From NCBI GenBank assembly GCA_963748815.1, contig CAVVKJ010000010.1, positions 992,001 to 1,056,000 of the forward strand: a DNA stretch of 64,000 bases. Direction: 5' to 3'. The stretch's first letter is position 1, and each line of letters begins with the position of its first letter. Below, piece by piece: positions 43,237 through 52,577 of the stretch. The translations under genes were made by a program, and so were the position numbers. The notes beneath the pieces were generated by a model. The model had not been told where the DNA came from and ran no database searches. It worked only from the letters and a program-made list of their open reading frames with translations. This DNA is from an uncultured Gemmatimonadales bacterium. GTDB lineage: Bacteria; Gemmatimonadota; Gemmatimonadetes; Gemmatimonadales; GWC2-71-9.

Positions 43237-44609
43237 GCGACGCTCCCGCCGACCAGGGCCTCGCTGATCCGGACGTGCGGCGCCCCCTCGGAGACCGGCA
43301 GCGGCGCCTGGCCCCCCTTGCCGCAGCCGCCGCCGAGTTCGTTCCACTGGAAATCGCCGGCGATGCGGTCGATGCGGTCCATCGTCTGGAAGAGGTTGCC
43401 CGCGATGACGACGTCCTTGACGAGCTCGGCGAGCTGGCCGTCGCGAATCATGTAGCCGTGGCCCGCGGTGAAGGAGAAGTCCTCGAGGTGGGTCTGTCCG
43501 CCCTGGGCGTCGCAGGCGTAGATCCCCAGGGGGATGTCCCGGATGAGGTCGTCGCGCGTCCCGCTCCCGTTGGCGATGTAGGTGTTGGTCATCCGGACGA
43601 TCGGCGGGTGGCGGAAGGAGAGGGCCCGCGCGTTGCCGGTCGGGGCCTCGCCCATCCGGGCGGCGGTCTCGCGGGAGTGAAGCCGGCCGACGAGGACGCC
43701 GTTCTGGATCAGCACCGTGTTCCGGGTCGGCGTCCCCTCGTCGTCGTAGGGGAGCGTGCCGCGGAGGGCGGCGGCGCTCCCGTCGTCGCCGATGGTCAGC
43801 TCCGGCCCGCCGAAGCGCCGGCCGAGGGTCATCATCTCGCGCGCCTGCGCGTTCTCGTAGATGAAGTCGGCCTCGCTCAGGTGCCCGAACGCCTCGTGGA
43901 CGAAGACACCGGCGAGCTTCGGGTCCAGGACGACGGGATAGGTGCCGCCGCGCACCCGCGGCGCGTCGAGCAGGGCCACCGCGCGATCGGCCGCGGCGAG
44001 GAACTGGTCCTCGCGGTGCTGGACGGCATCCCAGCCGGCGCGCCGCCCAAGCGACTCGAGCGCCCGCTCGATGGTCCCCCGGTCGCGCGCCACCGCCACG
44101 GCAGACAGGGTGACCTCAGGCCGGACTTCCGAGAGCAGCGTGCCGTCGGAATTGGCGTACCAGTACTCGACGACCTCATCGCGATAGGCGGCCTGGGTGT
44201 CGACGATCCGCCGGTCCCGCCCGCGCATCAGCGCGTTGAGCGACTCGAGGTGCCGCTTCTTGACGTCGAGGGGAATGCCGCGCACATCGCCGCCGAGCGG
44301 GAGGGCGATATCGGCCTCCCGCACCGGCACCTCTGCCAGCCGGATCGGGGCGTCGAGCCGCACGGCGAGCGAGAGCTCGTGGGCCCGCGCCACCATGGCG
44401 GGGAGGTTGTCGAGGGAGGTGAAGCTCGCCATGCCCCAGCCGAAGCCGCGATTGAGGCAGCGCACGAACCCGCCCTCGTCGCTGCTCACCATGGCCCCCT
44501 CCAGGCGGGGGCCGCGGAAGGTCACCGCGGAGGTGGTGCTGCGCTCGAGGCGGATTTCGGTGTAGTCAGCCCGGGAGGACTGAATGGCGTCACGGAGCCG
44601 GTTCTTCAC
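43233..44609 (-). CDS. tldD: TldD family metalloprotease
   Basis: HEAFGHLSEAD, YDDEG, TGNAR, RMTNT, GCGKGGQ. Confidence 0.93.
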   Translation of the reverse strand: MKNRLRDAIQSSRADYTEIRLERSTTSAVTFRGPRLEGAMVSSDEGGFVRCLNRGFGWGMASFTSLDNLPAMVARAHELSLAVRLDAPIRLAEVPVREADIALPLGGDVRGIPLDVKKRHLESLNALMRGRDRRIVDTQAAYRDEVVEYWYANSDGTLLSEVRPEVTLSAVAVARDRGTIERALESLGRRAGWDAVQHREDQFLAAADRAVALLDAPRVRGGTYPVVLDPKLAGVFVHEAFGHLSEADFIYENAQAREMMTLGRRFGGPELTIGDDGSAAALRGTLPYDDEGTPTRNTVLIQNGVLVGRLHSRETAARMGEAPTGNARALSFRHPPIVRMTNTYIANGSGTRDDLIRDIPLGIYACDAQGGQTHLEDFSFTAGHGYMIRDGQLAELVKDVVIAGNLFQTMDRIDRIAGDFQWNELGGGCGKGGQAPLPVSEGAPHVRISEALVGGSVA

Positions 44610-45112
44610 GGACGTCGGGCGGCGTACTCGGGATGGGGAACCAGCTCGCCGTCGACCACGATTTCGCGGTCCCAGGGGAGGATGATGAACTTGTCGGTCT
44701 CGAAGGCGTGGAAGTCGGGCTGGTAGGGACCGGTCTTGAAGGAGACAGCGGTCCGGACCTCCGCCGGCTGGAGCAGGCGGACCTCGCTCAGCGCCACCTT
44801 CATCGTGCTGCCCGACTCACAGGTCTCGTCCACCACGAGGACGCGCCGCCCGCGGATCGTCGCCGGGGGGCCCGCCACCAGCACCGGTTCCTTGCGCGCG
44901 CTCTGCCGGGACACCACCATGGAGGCGAATTCCCGCTGGAGGATCGACGCGACGACCACGCCGGGCATGACGCCGGCCTTGGCGATGCCGAGGACGACCT
45001 CGGGATCGAACTCGCGGGCGACCTTCAGGGCCAGCGCTCGACAGACCTCCCCGAAGAAGGCCCAGTCGATTTCCATCACGTCGCGGGTGTCGGGAATCGC
45101 GGCTTTCGGCAT
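44606..45112 (-). CDS. Type I phosphoribosyltransferase family protein
   Basis: GIAKAG, VLVVDETCESGST, IILPW. Confidence 0.85.
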   Translation of the reverse strand: MPKAAIPDTRDVMEIDWAFFGEVCRALALKVAREFDPEVVLGIAKAGVMPGVVVASILQREFASMVVSRQSARKEPVLVAGPPATIRGRRVLVVDETCESGSTMKVALSEVRLLQPAEVRTAVSFKTGPYQPDFHAFETDKFIILPWDREIVVDGELVPHPEYAARRP

Positions 45113-45237
45113 GCTGGAAGCTACCCCCGCGCGACGGGGGGAGCAACCACGTTGCGACCCCCTGAAATCCGGGCTATCTTGCGAGGACACCACGACTTGA
45201 GTCCCTTCTCACCCCGCGTCAAGGATCCGTCGACCGT

Positions 45238-45681
45238 ATGAGCTTCTGGCGTCGGTTGCTCGGCAAGGGCCAGTCCTCCACGCTGCGGCCGCAGCGCCTC
45301 GATTACCTGAACGAGGCGCTCGCGCTCGAACGGCAGGGAGACTTCGAGGCGGCGCTCACCTCCTACCGGCTGGCGCTGCGCGACAACGCGCAGGATACCC
45401 GGATCCTCCAGAACATGGCCATCGCCTTCACCAAGACGGGCCAGCCCGACGAGGCGATCCGCCACTACCGGCGCGCCATCGAGCTGGACCCCACCCTGGT
45501 CGGGGCGCACTACGGCGTGGCGTTCCTGCTGCTGAAGCGTGGCGACGCGGGCCAGGCGACGGAACATCTCCGCGCCTTCCTGGCGCGGCCGCCCAAGGGA
45601 CCGGACGCCGACCGCTGGATCAAGCACGCCGAGGCCGCGCTCGACGAGGCGGAACGCGGCGGCGCAGGAGGCCCCGAGTGA
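45238..45681 (+). CDS. TPR protein
   Basis: Three TPR-like units (EAIRHYRRAIELDP). Confidence 0.8.
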   Translation: MSFWRRLLGKGQSSTLRPQRLDYLNEALALERQGDFEAALTSYRLALRDNAQDTRILQNMAIAFTKTGQPDEAIRHYRRAIELDPTLVGAHYGVAFLLLKRGDAGQATEHLRAFLARPPKGPDADRWIKHAEAALDEAERGGAGGPE

Positions 45682-46385
45682 GGCTGCGGGCGGCGGTCCT
45701 GGTGGTCGTGGCGGTCGCGGCCTGCAGCGACATCAGCTCGAGCGACGACACGGTCATCGCCCTGCAGGTGACGGCGCCCCCGGGCGCGATCGTCGATGTG
45801 GGCGACACCGTGACCTACTCCGCCGTGGCCCTCAACCGAAACGGCGACGTCCTCCCGGTGGCCATCACCTGGTACACCCCCGACACGGCCACCATCGCCG
45901 TCGACAGCACCACCGGCGTGGTCCTCGGCAAGGCCCCCGGCCAGGGACGGGTGCGGGCCACCACCAGCGATCTCGTCTCCTCGTTGAACATCCTGACCGT
46001 CATCGCGTCGCCGGACACCCTGATCCTGGTCCCGCCGGACACCATCGTGATCGACACGCTGACGGCCACCGCCGCGCCCCTGCTGGCCCGGCTGGAATCG
46101 TTCAATCCCGTCGGGCCGATCGCCGGCCGGCTCATCGTGTACGACCTCATCGAGCCCCTGTTTGCCGACACCGCCAGCGCCACGGTGGTGTTCGGCAACG
46201 GCCAGCTCAGTGACAGCGGCGTCACCGGCAGCAACGGCGAGCCGACGGACACCGTGTTCCTGACGCGGAAGCCCACGCTGGCGGCTCCGGACAGCGTCAT
46301 CGTGGAAATCCGCGCGACTCGATACAAGGACAACCAGCCGGTGCCCGGATCGGGGCAGCGCTGGATCATTCGGTTCGGCCCATAG
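45678..46385 (+). CDS. Lipoprotein with Ig-like (Big_2-like) domain
   Basis: Lipobox VAAC; VGDTV...W...D...VD..GVV.G..PG pattern. Confidence 0.7.
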   Translation: MRLRAAVLVVVAVAACSDISSSDDTVIALQVTAPPGAIVDVGDTVTYSAVALNRNGDVLPVAITWYTPDTATIAVDSTTGVVLGKAPGQGRVRATTSDLVSSLNILTVIASPDTLILVPPDTIVIDTLTATAAPLLARLESFNPVGPIAGRLIVYDLIEPLFADTASATVVFGNGQLSDSGVTGSNGEPTDTVFLTRKPTLAAPDSVIVEIRATRYKDNQPVPGSGQRWIIRFGP

Positions 46386-46406
46386 TCCAGCGCAATCGGA
46401 GGTCAC

Positions 46407-48224
46407 GTGAACACCGCCCCTCGCACCCTCACTGAACTCTTTTTCGGGGCCATGGAGCGCTCGGCCTCGCGCCCGGTCGCCCTGCGCGTCAAGCGGGACG
46501 GCACGTGGACGGACCTGAGCTTTGCCGACCTGCTCGGCCGGGTCCACGCCTTCAGTGTCGGCCTGCTGGAGCTCGGGGTCCGCCCGGGGGACCGGGTGGC
46601 GATCCTCTCGGAAAACCGGCCGGAATGGGCCATCACCGACTTCGCCTGTCTCGCCGCCCGCTGCGCGGACGTCCCGGTCTACCCCACGCTGCCCGCCCAC
46701 CAGATCGAGTACATCCTCCGCGACTCCGGCGCCGTGGCGGTCTGCTGCTCGTCCGCCGCGCAGCTCGGCAAGATTCTCGACATCCGGGAAAACCTCCCGG
46801 CCCTCAAGAGTGTCATCGTGTTCGACACGGAAGCGGCCACCTCCGGGGCGCTCTCCTTCGAGTCGGTCGTCGCGAAGGGCCAGGGGGCGCTCTCCAAGTA
46901 CCCCGCGTGGCGCACCGAGGCGCTGGCCGTGAAACCGGACGACCTGGCCACGCTCATCTATACCTCCGGCACCACCGGCGACCCCAAGGGGGTCATGCTC
47001 ACCCACGGGAACATCACGTCGGACGTGATGGCCGGCCTCGACGTCCTCGACCTCCGGCAGACCGACGAGTGCCTCTCCTTCCTCCCGCTCTCCCACATCT
47101 TCGAGCGGATGGCCGGCCACTACTGCATGACGCAGATGGGCGCCATCATCAACTACGCCACCAGCATCGAGAGCGTCCCCGTCGAGATGGGCGAACTCCG
47201 GCCGACCGTGGTCTGTTCGGTGCCGAGGCTCTACGAGAAGATCTACGCCCGGGTCCTCGAGAACGCGATGGCGGGATCGCCCCTCAAGCAGAAGATCTTC
47301 CTCTGGGCCAAGCGGATCGGTGAGGCGTGGGCCGAGCTGCACATCGAGGGCAAGTCGGTCCCCGTGGGGCTCGGCCTGCAGTACGCGGTGGCGCACAAGC
47401 TCGTCTTCTCGAAGCTGGTGGCGCGGGTCGGGGGCCGGCTCCGGTTCTTCGTGTCGGGCGGCGCGCCGCTCTCGGCCGACATCGCGCGGTTCTTCTACGC
47501 GGCCGGGCTGCCGATCATGGAAGGCTACGGGCTCACCGAGACGTCGCCGGTCATCACCGTCAACGGCTTCGGGCGCTCGCGGTTCGGCACTGTCGGCAAG
47601 GTGGTGCCGGGCGTGGAGGTGAAGATCGCGGCCGACGGGGAGATCCTGACGCGCGGCCCCAATGTGATGAAGGGGTACTACAACAAGCCGGACGCCACCG
47701 CAGAAGTGCTCAGCGCCGATGGCTGGTTCAGCACCGGCGACATCGGGGAAATCGACGCCGACGGGTACTTGAAGATCACCGACCGGAAGAAGGACATCAT
47801 CGTCACCGCGGGCGGCAAGAACATCGCGCCCCAGCCGATCGAGAACCTCGTCAAGACGAACCCGATGGTGCTGAGCGCCGTGATGATCGGCGACAAGCGC
47901 AAGTACCCGATCATGCTCGTCGTGCCCAACATGGATGTGGTGCGGAAATGGGCGGAGTCGGAGGGGATGGCGGGGCGCACCGACCAGGCGCTGCTGAGCG
48001 ACATCGTGGTGCACAACAAGCTGACCGGGGAAATCAAGAAGACGCTGCGCGACCTGGCGCAGTACGAGATGCCCAAGAAGTTCCTCATCCTCGACCGGGA
48101 CTTCAGCATCGAAGCCGGCGAACTGACCCCCACGCTGAAGGTGAAGCGCCGGGTGGTCGAGAAGCTCCACCAGGAACGGATCGAGGAGCTCTTCGCGGCG
48201 GGCGGCGTGGAAACCGTGTATTAG
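46407..48224 (+). CDS. Long-chain fatty acid-CoA ligase
   Basis: YTSGTTGDPKG, EGYGLTE, GWFSTGDIG, DRKKD, LTPTLK. Confidence 0.95.
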   Translation: MNTAPRTLTELFFGAMERSASRPVALRVKRDGTWTDLSFADLLGRVHAFSVGLLELGVRPGDRVAILSENRPEWAITDFACLAARCADVPVYPTLPAHQIEYILRDSGAVAVCCSSAAQLGKILDIRENLPALKSVIVFDTEAATSGALSFESVVAKGQGALSKYPAWRTEALAVKPDDLATLIYTSGTTGDPKGVMLTHGNITSDVMAGLDVLDLRQTDECLSFLPLSHIFERMAGHYCMTQMGAIINYATSIESVPVEMGELRPTVVCSVPRLYEKIYARVLENAMAGSPLKQKIFLWAKRIGEAWAELHIEGKSVPVGLGLQYAVAHKLVFSKLVARVGGRLRFFVSGGAPLSADIARFFYAAGLPIMEGYGLTETSPVITVNGFGRSRFGTVGKVVPGVEVKIAADGEILTRGPNVMKGYYNKPDATAEVLSADGWFSTGDIGEIDADGYLKITDRKKDIIVTAGGKNIAPQPIENLVKTNPMVLSAVMIGDKRKYPIMLVVPNMDVVRKWAESEGMAGRTDQALLSDIVVHNKLTGEIKKTLRDLAQYEMPKKFLILDRDFSIEAGELTPTLKVKRRVVEKLHQERIEELFAAGGVETVY

Positions 48225-48811
48225 ACGGGTCGCGTCCGCGCCACCCAGACCCCGTCCGCGCTGGCGAGCACCTCGAGCTCGGGCGCCGACGGGGTCTCGC
48301 TTTCTCCCACGACCCGCAATCCCGGCAGCAGGCAGCGCACCGCCTCCCGCACCCAGCCGGTCTCCGACGCGAATCCGGGCCCCAGCACCACCCCCCGCAG
48401 GTGGCGGTCCTTGACCGGGAGTCCCGACGCCTGCGCCAGGCTCACGCCGCGGCCACCCGGGACGCCCGGCGGGGGATTCACGCCGAGCACGTGGATGCCC
48501 TCCGCCTCCGCCGCGAAGGCCGACCACCCCTCCACCGCCCCTCCGACCATCGCCACGTAGCCCCCCGGACCCCCGAGCCCCAGCAGGGCGGCCATCGCGG
48601 GACCGGTCAGGCGTGCAGACCGCGTCACGGTCGCCGGCGCGCCGACGAACTCGGCCACCCCCTCGCGAACGGGATACACCCGGCCGCACTCCATGCACCC
48701 GAGCTGTCCGGTCCGGACCTGGCGATCGACCACGCCGTCCGGCAGGAGCACGAGGACGTTCTGCTCGTGATCCGCGGGGCAGCGCAGGATGTCGGTGAGT
48801 TCGATGAACAT
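48221..48811 (-). CDS. Protein with Trm112-like N-terminal domain
   Basis: DILRCP...LGCMECGRVYPVREGVAEF. Confidence 0.6.
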   Translation of the reverse strand: MFIELTDILRCPADHEQNVLVLLPDGVVDRQVRTGQLGCMECGRVYPVREGVAEFVGAPATVTRSARLTGPAMAALLGLGGPGGYVAMVGGAVEGWSAFAAEAEGIHVLGVNPPPGVPGGRGVSLAQASGLPVKDRHLRGVVLGPGFASETGWVREAVRCLLPGLRVVGESETPSAPELEVLASADGVWVARTRPV

Positions 48812-48813
48812 CG

Positions 48814-50376
48814 CTACGGTCGGAAGACCACCCAGGTCAGCTTGCCTTCCTCGACGGTGACCGTACGGAAGACTTTGCGTCCGCCGATCTCGGTCCCGAC
48901 GAGGTAGGTGCCCGGTGGCACGTCGCCCACGGCAAAGTTTTCGCCGTAGAGCGGATGGGAGTGGTTCCGTGGGCCGTAGGTCTCGGCGAACGAGTAGGGC
49001 GTCTCCGCCGGCTCCGGCTTGATGATGCCGTAGATTCGCGCCTGCTCGACGAGACGCCCGTCGTCGTCGAGGACCTGCCCCGCCACGATGCCGGTCCCGG
49101 GAAGCGGCTGGATCCACAGTTCCGGGTTGGTCGTGTACTGCGGGTAGCGCTGCAGCGAATCCACGATCAACTGCACATCCTCCACCGGGGAGACGTGCAC
49201 CTCGAGATGGAGATGGTCGTTCGTGGCCCGGCCGGTGTTCCCGACCTCGCTGATGATCTCGCCGGCCGCCACCCGCTGCCCCAGCGAGACCTTCAGCGCG
49301 GAATTATGGTAGTACACCGAGTAGAGGAACTTCGTTCCGTCCGCCTTGAGCAGCGAATCGTGCCGGATGGCCACCGTCAGCGCGCCGGCCTCGGCGGGCC
49401 CGGCATACACCACCACACCACTGCCGATGGCGTGCACGGGGGTGCCGTCGGGATTGTTGAACTCGACCCCCTGGTGCGGCTGGAAGTTGCCACCCATCGT
49501 CGAGCCGTACCGGTAGGTCTGGTCGATGTAGCTGTTGTCGGCCAGCGAAATCGGACGCTCGAACCAGGTGCTCTTCGGGGCGGCGGGCGCCTCCGCGGGG
49601 CGGGCCAGGCGGCCGGCGCGCTCGTAGCAGGGGGTCGTATCGCTCACCTCGCGAATGCCGCAGAGCGTTCCCTTCCAGTTGTCGAGACGTGCGAGGGGCG
49701 GGAACCCGGCGTAGCCACGCTGGCTGATCGAGATGGTGCCGTCGGCGCTCACCGACAAGGCCACCGAGCCGGCGAGCGTCGAGAGGAGGATCCCGGTGCG
49801 GGAACGGGTGATCCGGCGGATATACTCGTTCGGAAGGACCGTGAGTGCGCTGTCGGCCGGCCCGCGCGCCGCCGGGCCGGTGGCGTCCACGTAGGCGGTC
49901 CAGTGTTCCCCGACGTCGCGGGTCATCTGGAGTCCGTCCGCGGTGCCGACCCACACCGTCTCGCCCCGCACCACGATGCCGGCCGGGGCGACGTACTGCC
50001 ACTCGGGGCCGAGTTCGCGCAGGGTCCAGTTGCGCCAGCTCCGGCCCCCATCCTTCGAGACGCCCCAGCCGTTCCCAACCGTCCCGTACCAGACCTCGCC
50101 GCGCGCGCCGAACGCAATCGACGCCACGAAGTCCCACGAGAGCGACTCGGGCGTGGTGTCGCTGCGGATCTGCTCCCAGGCGACCCCGCCGGCCGGCAGG
50201 ACGTAGATGCCCCGCCCGTAGGTCCCCGCCCAGATGCCGCCGGACGGATCGCGGGCCAGGGTGAGGACGTGGACGCCCCACCCCGTCGTGTCGGGGAGCG
50301 GAGGGAGCGAGGACTGCGCGGCGAGGGACGCCGGCGCGAGGGCGAGGCTGAGCACCATCCAACGACCGAGCTTCAT
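48814..50376 (-). CDS. Secreted beta-propeller + M23 peptidase domain protein
   Basis: Signal peptide, Asp-box SKDGGRSW, HQGVEF, GTPVHA, YYH, VGNTG.ATNDHLHLEV. Confidence 0.85.
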   Translation of the reverse strand: MKLGRWMVLSLALAPASLAAQSSLPPLPDTTGWGVHVLTLARDPSGGIWAGTYGRGIYVLPAGGVAWEQIRSDTTPESLSWDFVASIAFGARGEVWYGTVGNGWGVSKDGGRSWRNWTLRELGPEWQYVAPAGIVVRGETVWVGTADGLQMTRDVGEHWTAYVDATGPAARGPADSALTVLPNEYIRRITRSRTGILLSTLAGSVALSVSADGTISISQRGYAGFPPLARLDNWKGTLCGIREVSDTTPCYERAGRLARPAEAPAAPKSTWFERPISLADNSYIDQTYRYGSTMGGNFQPHQGVEFNNPDGTPVHAIGSGVVVYAGPAEAGALTVAIRHDSLLKADGTKFLYSVYYHNSALKVSLGQRVAAGEIISEVGNTGRATNDHLHLEVHVSPVEDVQLIVDSLQRYPQYTTNPELWIQPLPGTGIVAGQVLDDDGRLVEQARIYGIIKPEPAETPYSFAETYGPRNHSHPLYGENFAVGDVPPGTYLVGTEIGGRKVFRTVTVEEGKLTWVVFRP

Positions 50377-50411
50377 GGCGCGCACCAGGGTGGAGGGGAC
50401 AGGAAAACGTG

Positions 50412-51107
50412 TCATGCCGGGCCGAGCCGGAGCCAGTCCACCTGCACGTGGGGCGGCCGAGTGGCGGCGAAGACGATGGCGGCCGCGACGTCTCCGGGGC
50501 GGAGCATCCTGGCGCGCGGGGTGAACCCCTCGCGCGAGTCGGGGTCGACGGCGTCCCAGGCCGCCGTATCGGTGGGCCCTGGCGAGACCAGCGTGAAGCG
50601 GACACCGGTGCCGCGGTGCTCGGCGAGCAGGGTCTCGTGCAGCCCGCGGACGCCGTACTTGGCCGCGGCATAGGCGGCGTTCCCCGGGAACCCGTTGTGG
50701 TCGGCGATGGAGCCGACCGTCACCACGAGCCCGCCGGCGCCCTTCCGCATCATCGGCACGAACGCCCTGGCCACCAGCCAGGGGCCGCGAAGGTTGGCGG
50801 CCAGCTGGGCGTCGAAGTCCGCGATGGAGGTCTCTTCGAAGGGCGCCAGGTGGAAGGCGCCCGCGTTGTTCACGACGATGTCGGGCGCGCCCCATTCCGT
50901 GTGGACCAGGTCGGCGGTCGCCTGCACCTGCGCCGCGTCGGTCACGTCGCACCGCAGGTCGAGGGCGTCCTTGCCGTGGCGGGGGACAAGGGTGCGCGAC
51001 ATCCGCACCACCCGTGCGCCCTCCCCGGCGAGGAGGTCGGCCGTGGCGGCACCGATGCCTCGCGAGGCCCCGGTCACCACCGCGATCCGGCCCCGAAGCG
51101 CGCTCAC
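50412..51107 (-). CDS. SDR family oxidoreductase
   Basis: [21 protein letters not shown] overlaps the folE stop. Confidence 0.92.
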   Translation of the reverse strand: MSALRGRIAVVTGASRGIGAATADLLAGEGARVVRMSRTLVPRHGKDALDLRCDVTDAAQVQATADLVHTEWGAPDIVVNNAGAFHLAPFEETSIADFDAQLAANLRGPWLVARAFVPMMRKGAGGLVVTVGSIADHNGFPGNAAYAAAKYGVRGLHETLLAEHRGTGVRFTLVSPGPTDTAAWDAVDPDSREGFTPRARMLRPGDVAAAIVFAATRPPHVQVDWLRLGPA

Positions 51108-51694
51108 TCCGATTCCGCCCCGGTCCCGTGCGCCAGCCGGAGGAATTCGGCGCGGGTCTTCGAGTCGCTGGTGAAGATCCCGCGGAGCGCGCTCGTGACG
51201 GTGCGCGAGCGCTGCTTCTCGACGCCCCGCATCATCATGCAGAGATGGGACGCCTCGATCACGACCCCGACGCCCCGCGGGGCGACGACTTCCATGATGG
51301 CGTTCGCGACCTGGTCGGTGAGCCGCTCCTGGACCTGGAGCCGGCGCGCGAAGACGTCGACGATCCGGGGGAGCTTCGACAGGCCGAGGATCCGACCGTC
51401 GGGAATGTACGCCACGTGGGCGACGCCGAAGAAGGGCAGCAGGTGGTGCTCGCAGAGCGAATAGAACTCGATGTCGCGCACCAGGATCATGCTGTCGTGC
51501 TCCTCCTCGAAGAGCGCGTCGCCGACGGCGTCCTGGACCGTGAGCTGGTAGCCCCGCGTGAGCCATCGCAGCGATGCCTCGACCCGCTCCGGGGTCTTGA
51601 CGAGCCCCTGGCGCTCGGGGTCCTCGCCGAGCCCGGCGAGCAGCTCCCGGACGAGCGGGGCGAGTGGTGTCTCAGCCACCGGTGTACTCGACAT
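51104..51694 (-). CDS. folE: GTP cyclohydrolase I
   Basis: [37 protein letters not shown]. Confidence 0.98.
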   Translation of the reverse strand: MSSTPVAETPLAPLVRELLAGLGEDPERQGLVKTPERVEASLRWLTRGYQLTVQDAVGDALFEEEHDSMILVRDIEFYSLCEHHLLPFFGVAHVAYIPDGRILGLSKLPRIVDVFARRLQVQERLTDQVANAIMEVVAPRGVGVVIEASHLCMMMRGVEKQRSRTVTSALRGIFTSDSKTRAEFLRLAHGTGAESE

Positions 51695-52085
51695 AATTCC
51701 TCGGGGTTTCCCAGAGCCGGATCCGGTGCAGCGTCGCGGCGGGGAGGACGGGGGCGATGGCCTCCCAGCAGAACACCGCGATGTTCTCCGCGGACGGGAT
51801 GTGGTCGCGAAAGTACGGCACGTCGAGGTTCAGGTTGCGATGGTCGAGCACGGCATGGACATGCCGGTCCACGAGTTCCTTCAGGACGGCGATGTCGAGC
51901 ACGTAGCCGGTCTTCGGGTCGATCGGCCCCGCGACCGTCACCTCAAGCTCGTAATTGTGCCCGTGATAGTTGGGGTTGTTGCACGGGCCGAAGGTGGCGC
52001 GGTTCCACGCGTCCGATTCGGCGGGGTTGTGCAGGCGGTGGGCCGCATTGAAATGGACCCGCCGGGTCACGGCGCAAGACGGCAT
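51672..52085 (-). CDS. 6-pyruvoyl-tetrahydropterin synthase family, Cx5HGH (PTPS-II-like)
   Basis: [37 protein letters not shown]. Confidence 0.9.
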   Translation of the reverse strand: MPSCAVTRRVHFNAAHRLHNPAESDAWNRATFGPCNNPNYHGHNYELEVTVAGPIDPKTGYVLDIAVLKELVDRHVHAVLDHRNLNLDVPYFRDHIPSAENIAVFCWEAIAPVLPAATLHRIRLWETPRNYVEYTGG

Positions 52086-52112
52086 CGGGAGCCCCGATTG
52101 GAGAAGCACAAA

Positions 52113-52135
52113 GCGCCGACGAGTCGCGTCGGCGC
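52113..52135 (-). terminator. Intrinsic terminator downstream of the 6S RNA
   Basis: 9-bp stem GCGCCGACG/CGTCGGCGC followed on the minus strand by TTTGTGCTT. Confidence 0.65.
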
Positions 52136-52141
52136 CAGGAA

Positions 52142-52301
52142 TCGGACGGTGGTGGAGAGGGTGTCTTGAAGCCCGAAAGAAAGTTGCGGTATCCTCGCCC
52201 TGGCGTCTGTCTTCCCCCGAGGGGCATGGCATCAGCCCGAGTATGCGGACCCTATCTACGGACCTGTTGGCTCAAGCACATGGTTCCCCACCACCGCCCG
52301 A
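52142..52301 (-). ncRNA. ssrS: 6S RNA
   Basis: Ends pair (TCGG.CGGTGGTGG / CCACCACCG.CCGA); 6S-like segments CTTGAGCCAACA, ATAGGG, CATGCCC..GGGAAG, GGCTTCAAG; has its own promoter and terminator. Confidence 0.85.
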
Positions 52302-52308
52302 CACTGCT

Positions 52309-52337
52309 AAGATACGGAACGGTTCCAACCCCGTCAA
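52309..52337 (-). promoter_or_regulatory. Sigma70 promoter of the 6S RNA
   Basis: Minus strand TTGACG-N17-TATCTT ending about 7 nt before the RNA 5' end. Confidence 0.7.
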
Positions 52338-52358
52338 CAACGACGCCGGAGCGCGCCC

Positions 52359-52525
52359 ATGTCGTCCCGTATCTCGCTGGTGCTGGCCCTCGCGGCCTTC
52401 CTGCTCTGGTACGTCCTGCTGATCCCGGTCGGCGTCCAGGCGGGGGCGGTCCACCTGCTCCTGGCGACCGGGGTCGTGCTGCTGGTGCGCTGGTGGGCGC
52501 TCAGGCCAGAGGCCGACCAGACTAG
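52359..52525 (+). CDS. Possible small two-TM membrane protein (3' end uncertain)
   Basis: First ~50 codons are hydrophobic (LVLALAAFLLWYVLL...VHLLLATGVVLLVRWW); the frame then runs antisense into the GNAT gene; the TAG at 52523 is out of frame. Confidence 0.4.
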
Positions 52526-52577
52526 CTCACGGGAAGGCGCGAAGACAGCAGGGGCTCACACGGACCGGCAAGTAAAT

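Noticed and set aside
51672..52232. queD with a long N-terminal extension
   Set aside because: The extension overlaps the 6S RNA and its terminator, and the motif is Cx5HGH, not QueD-type Cx3HGH.
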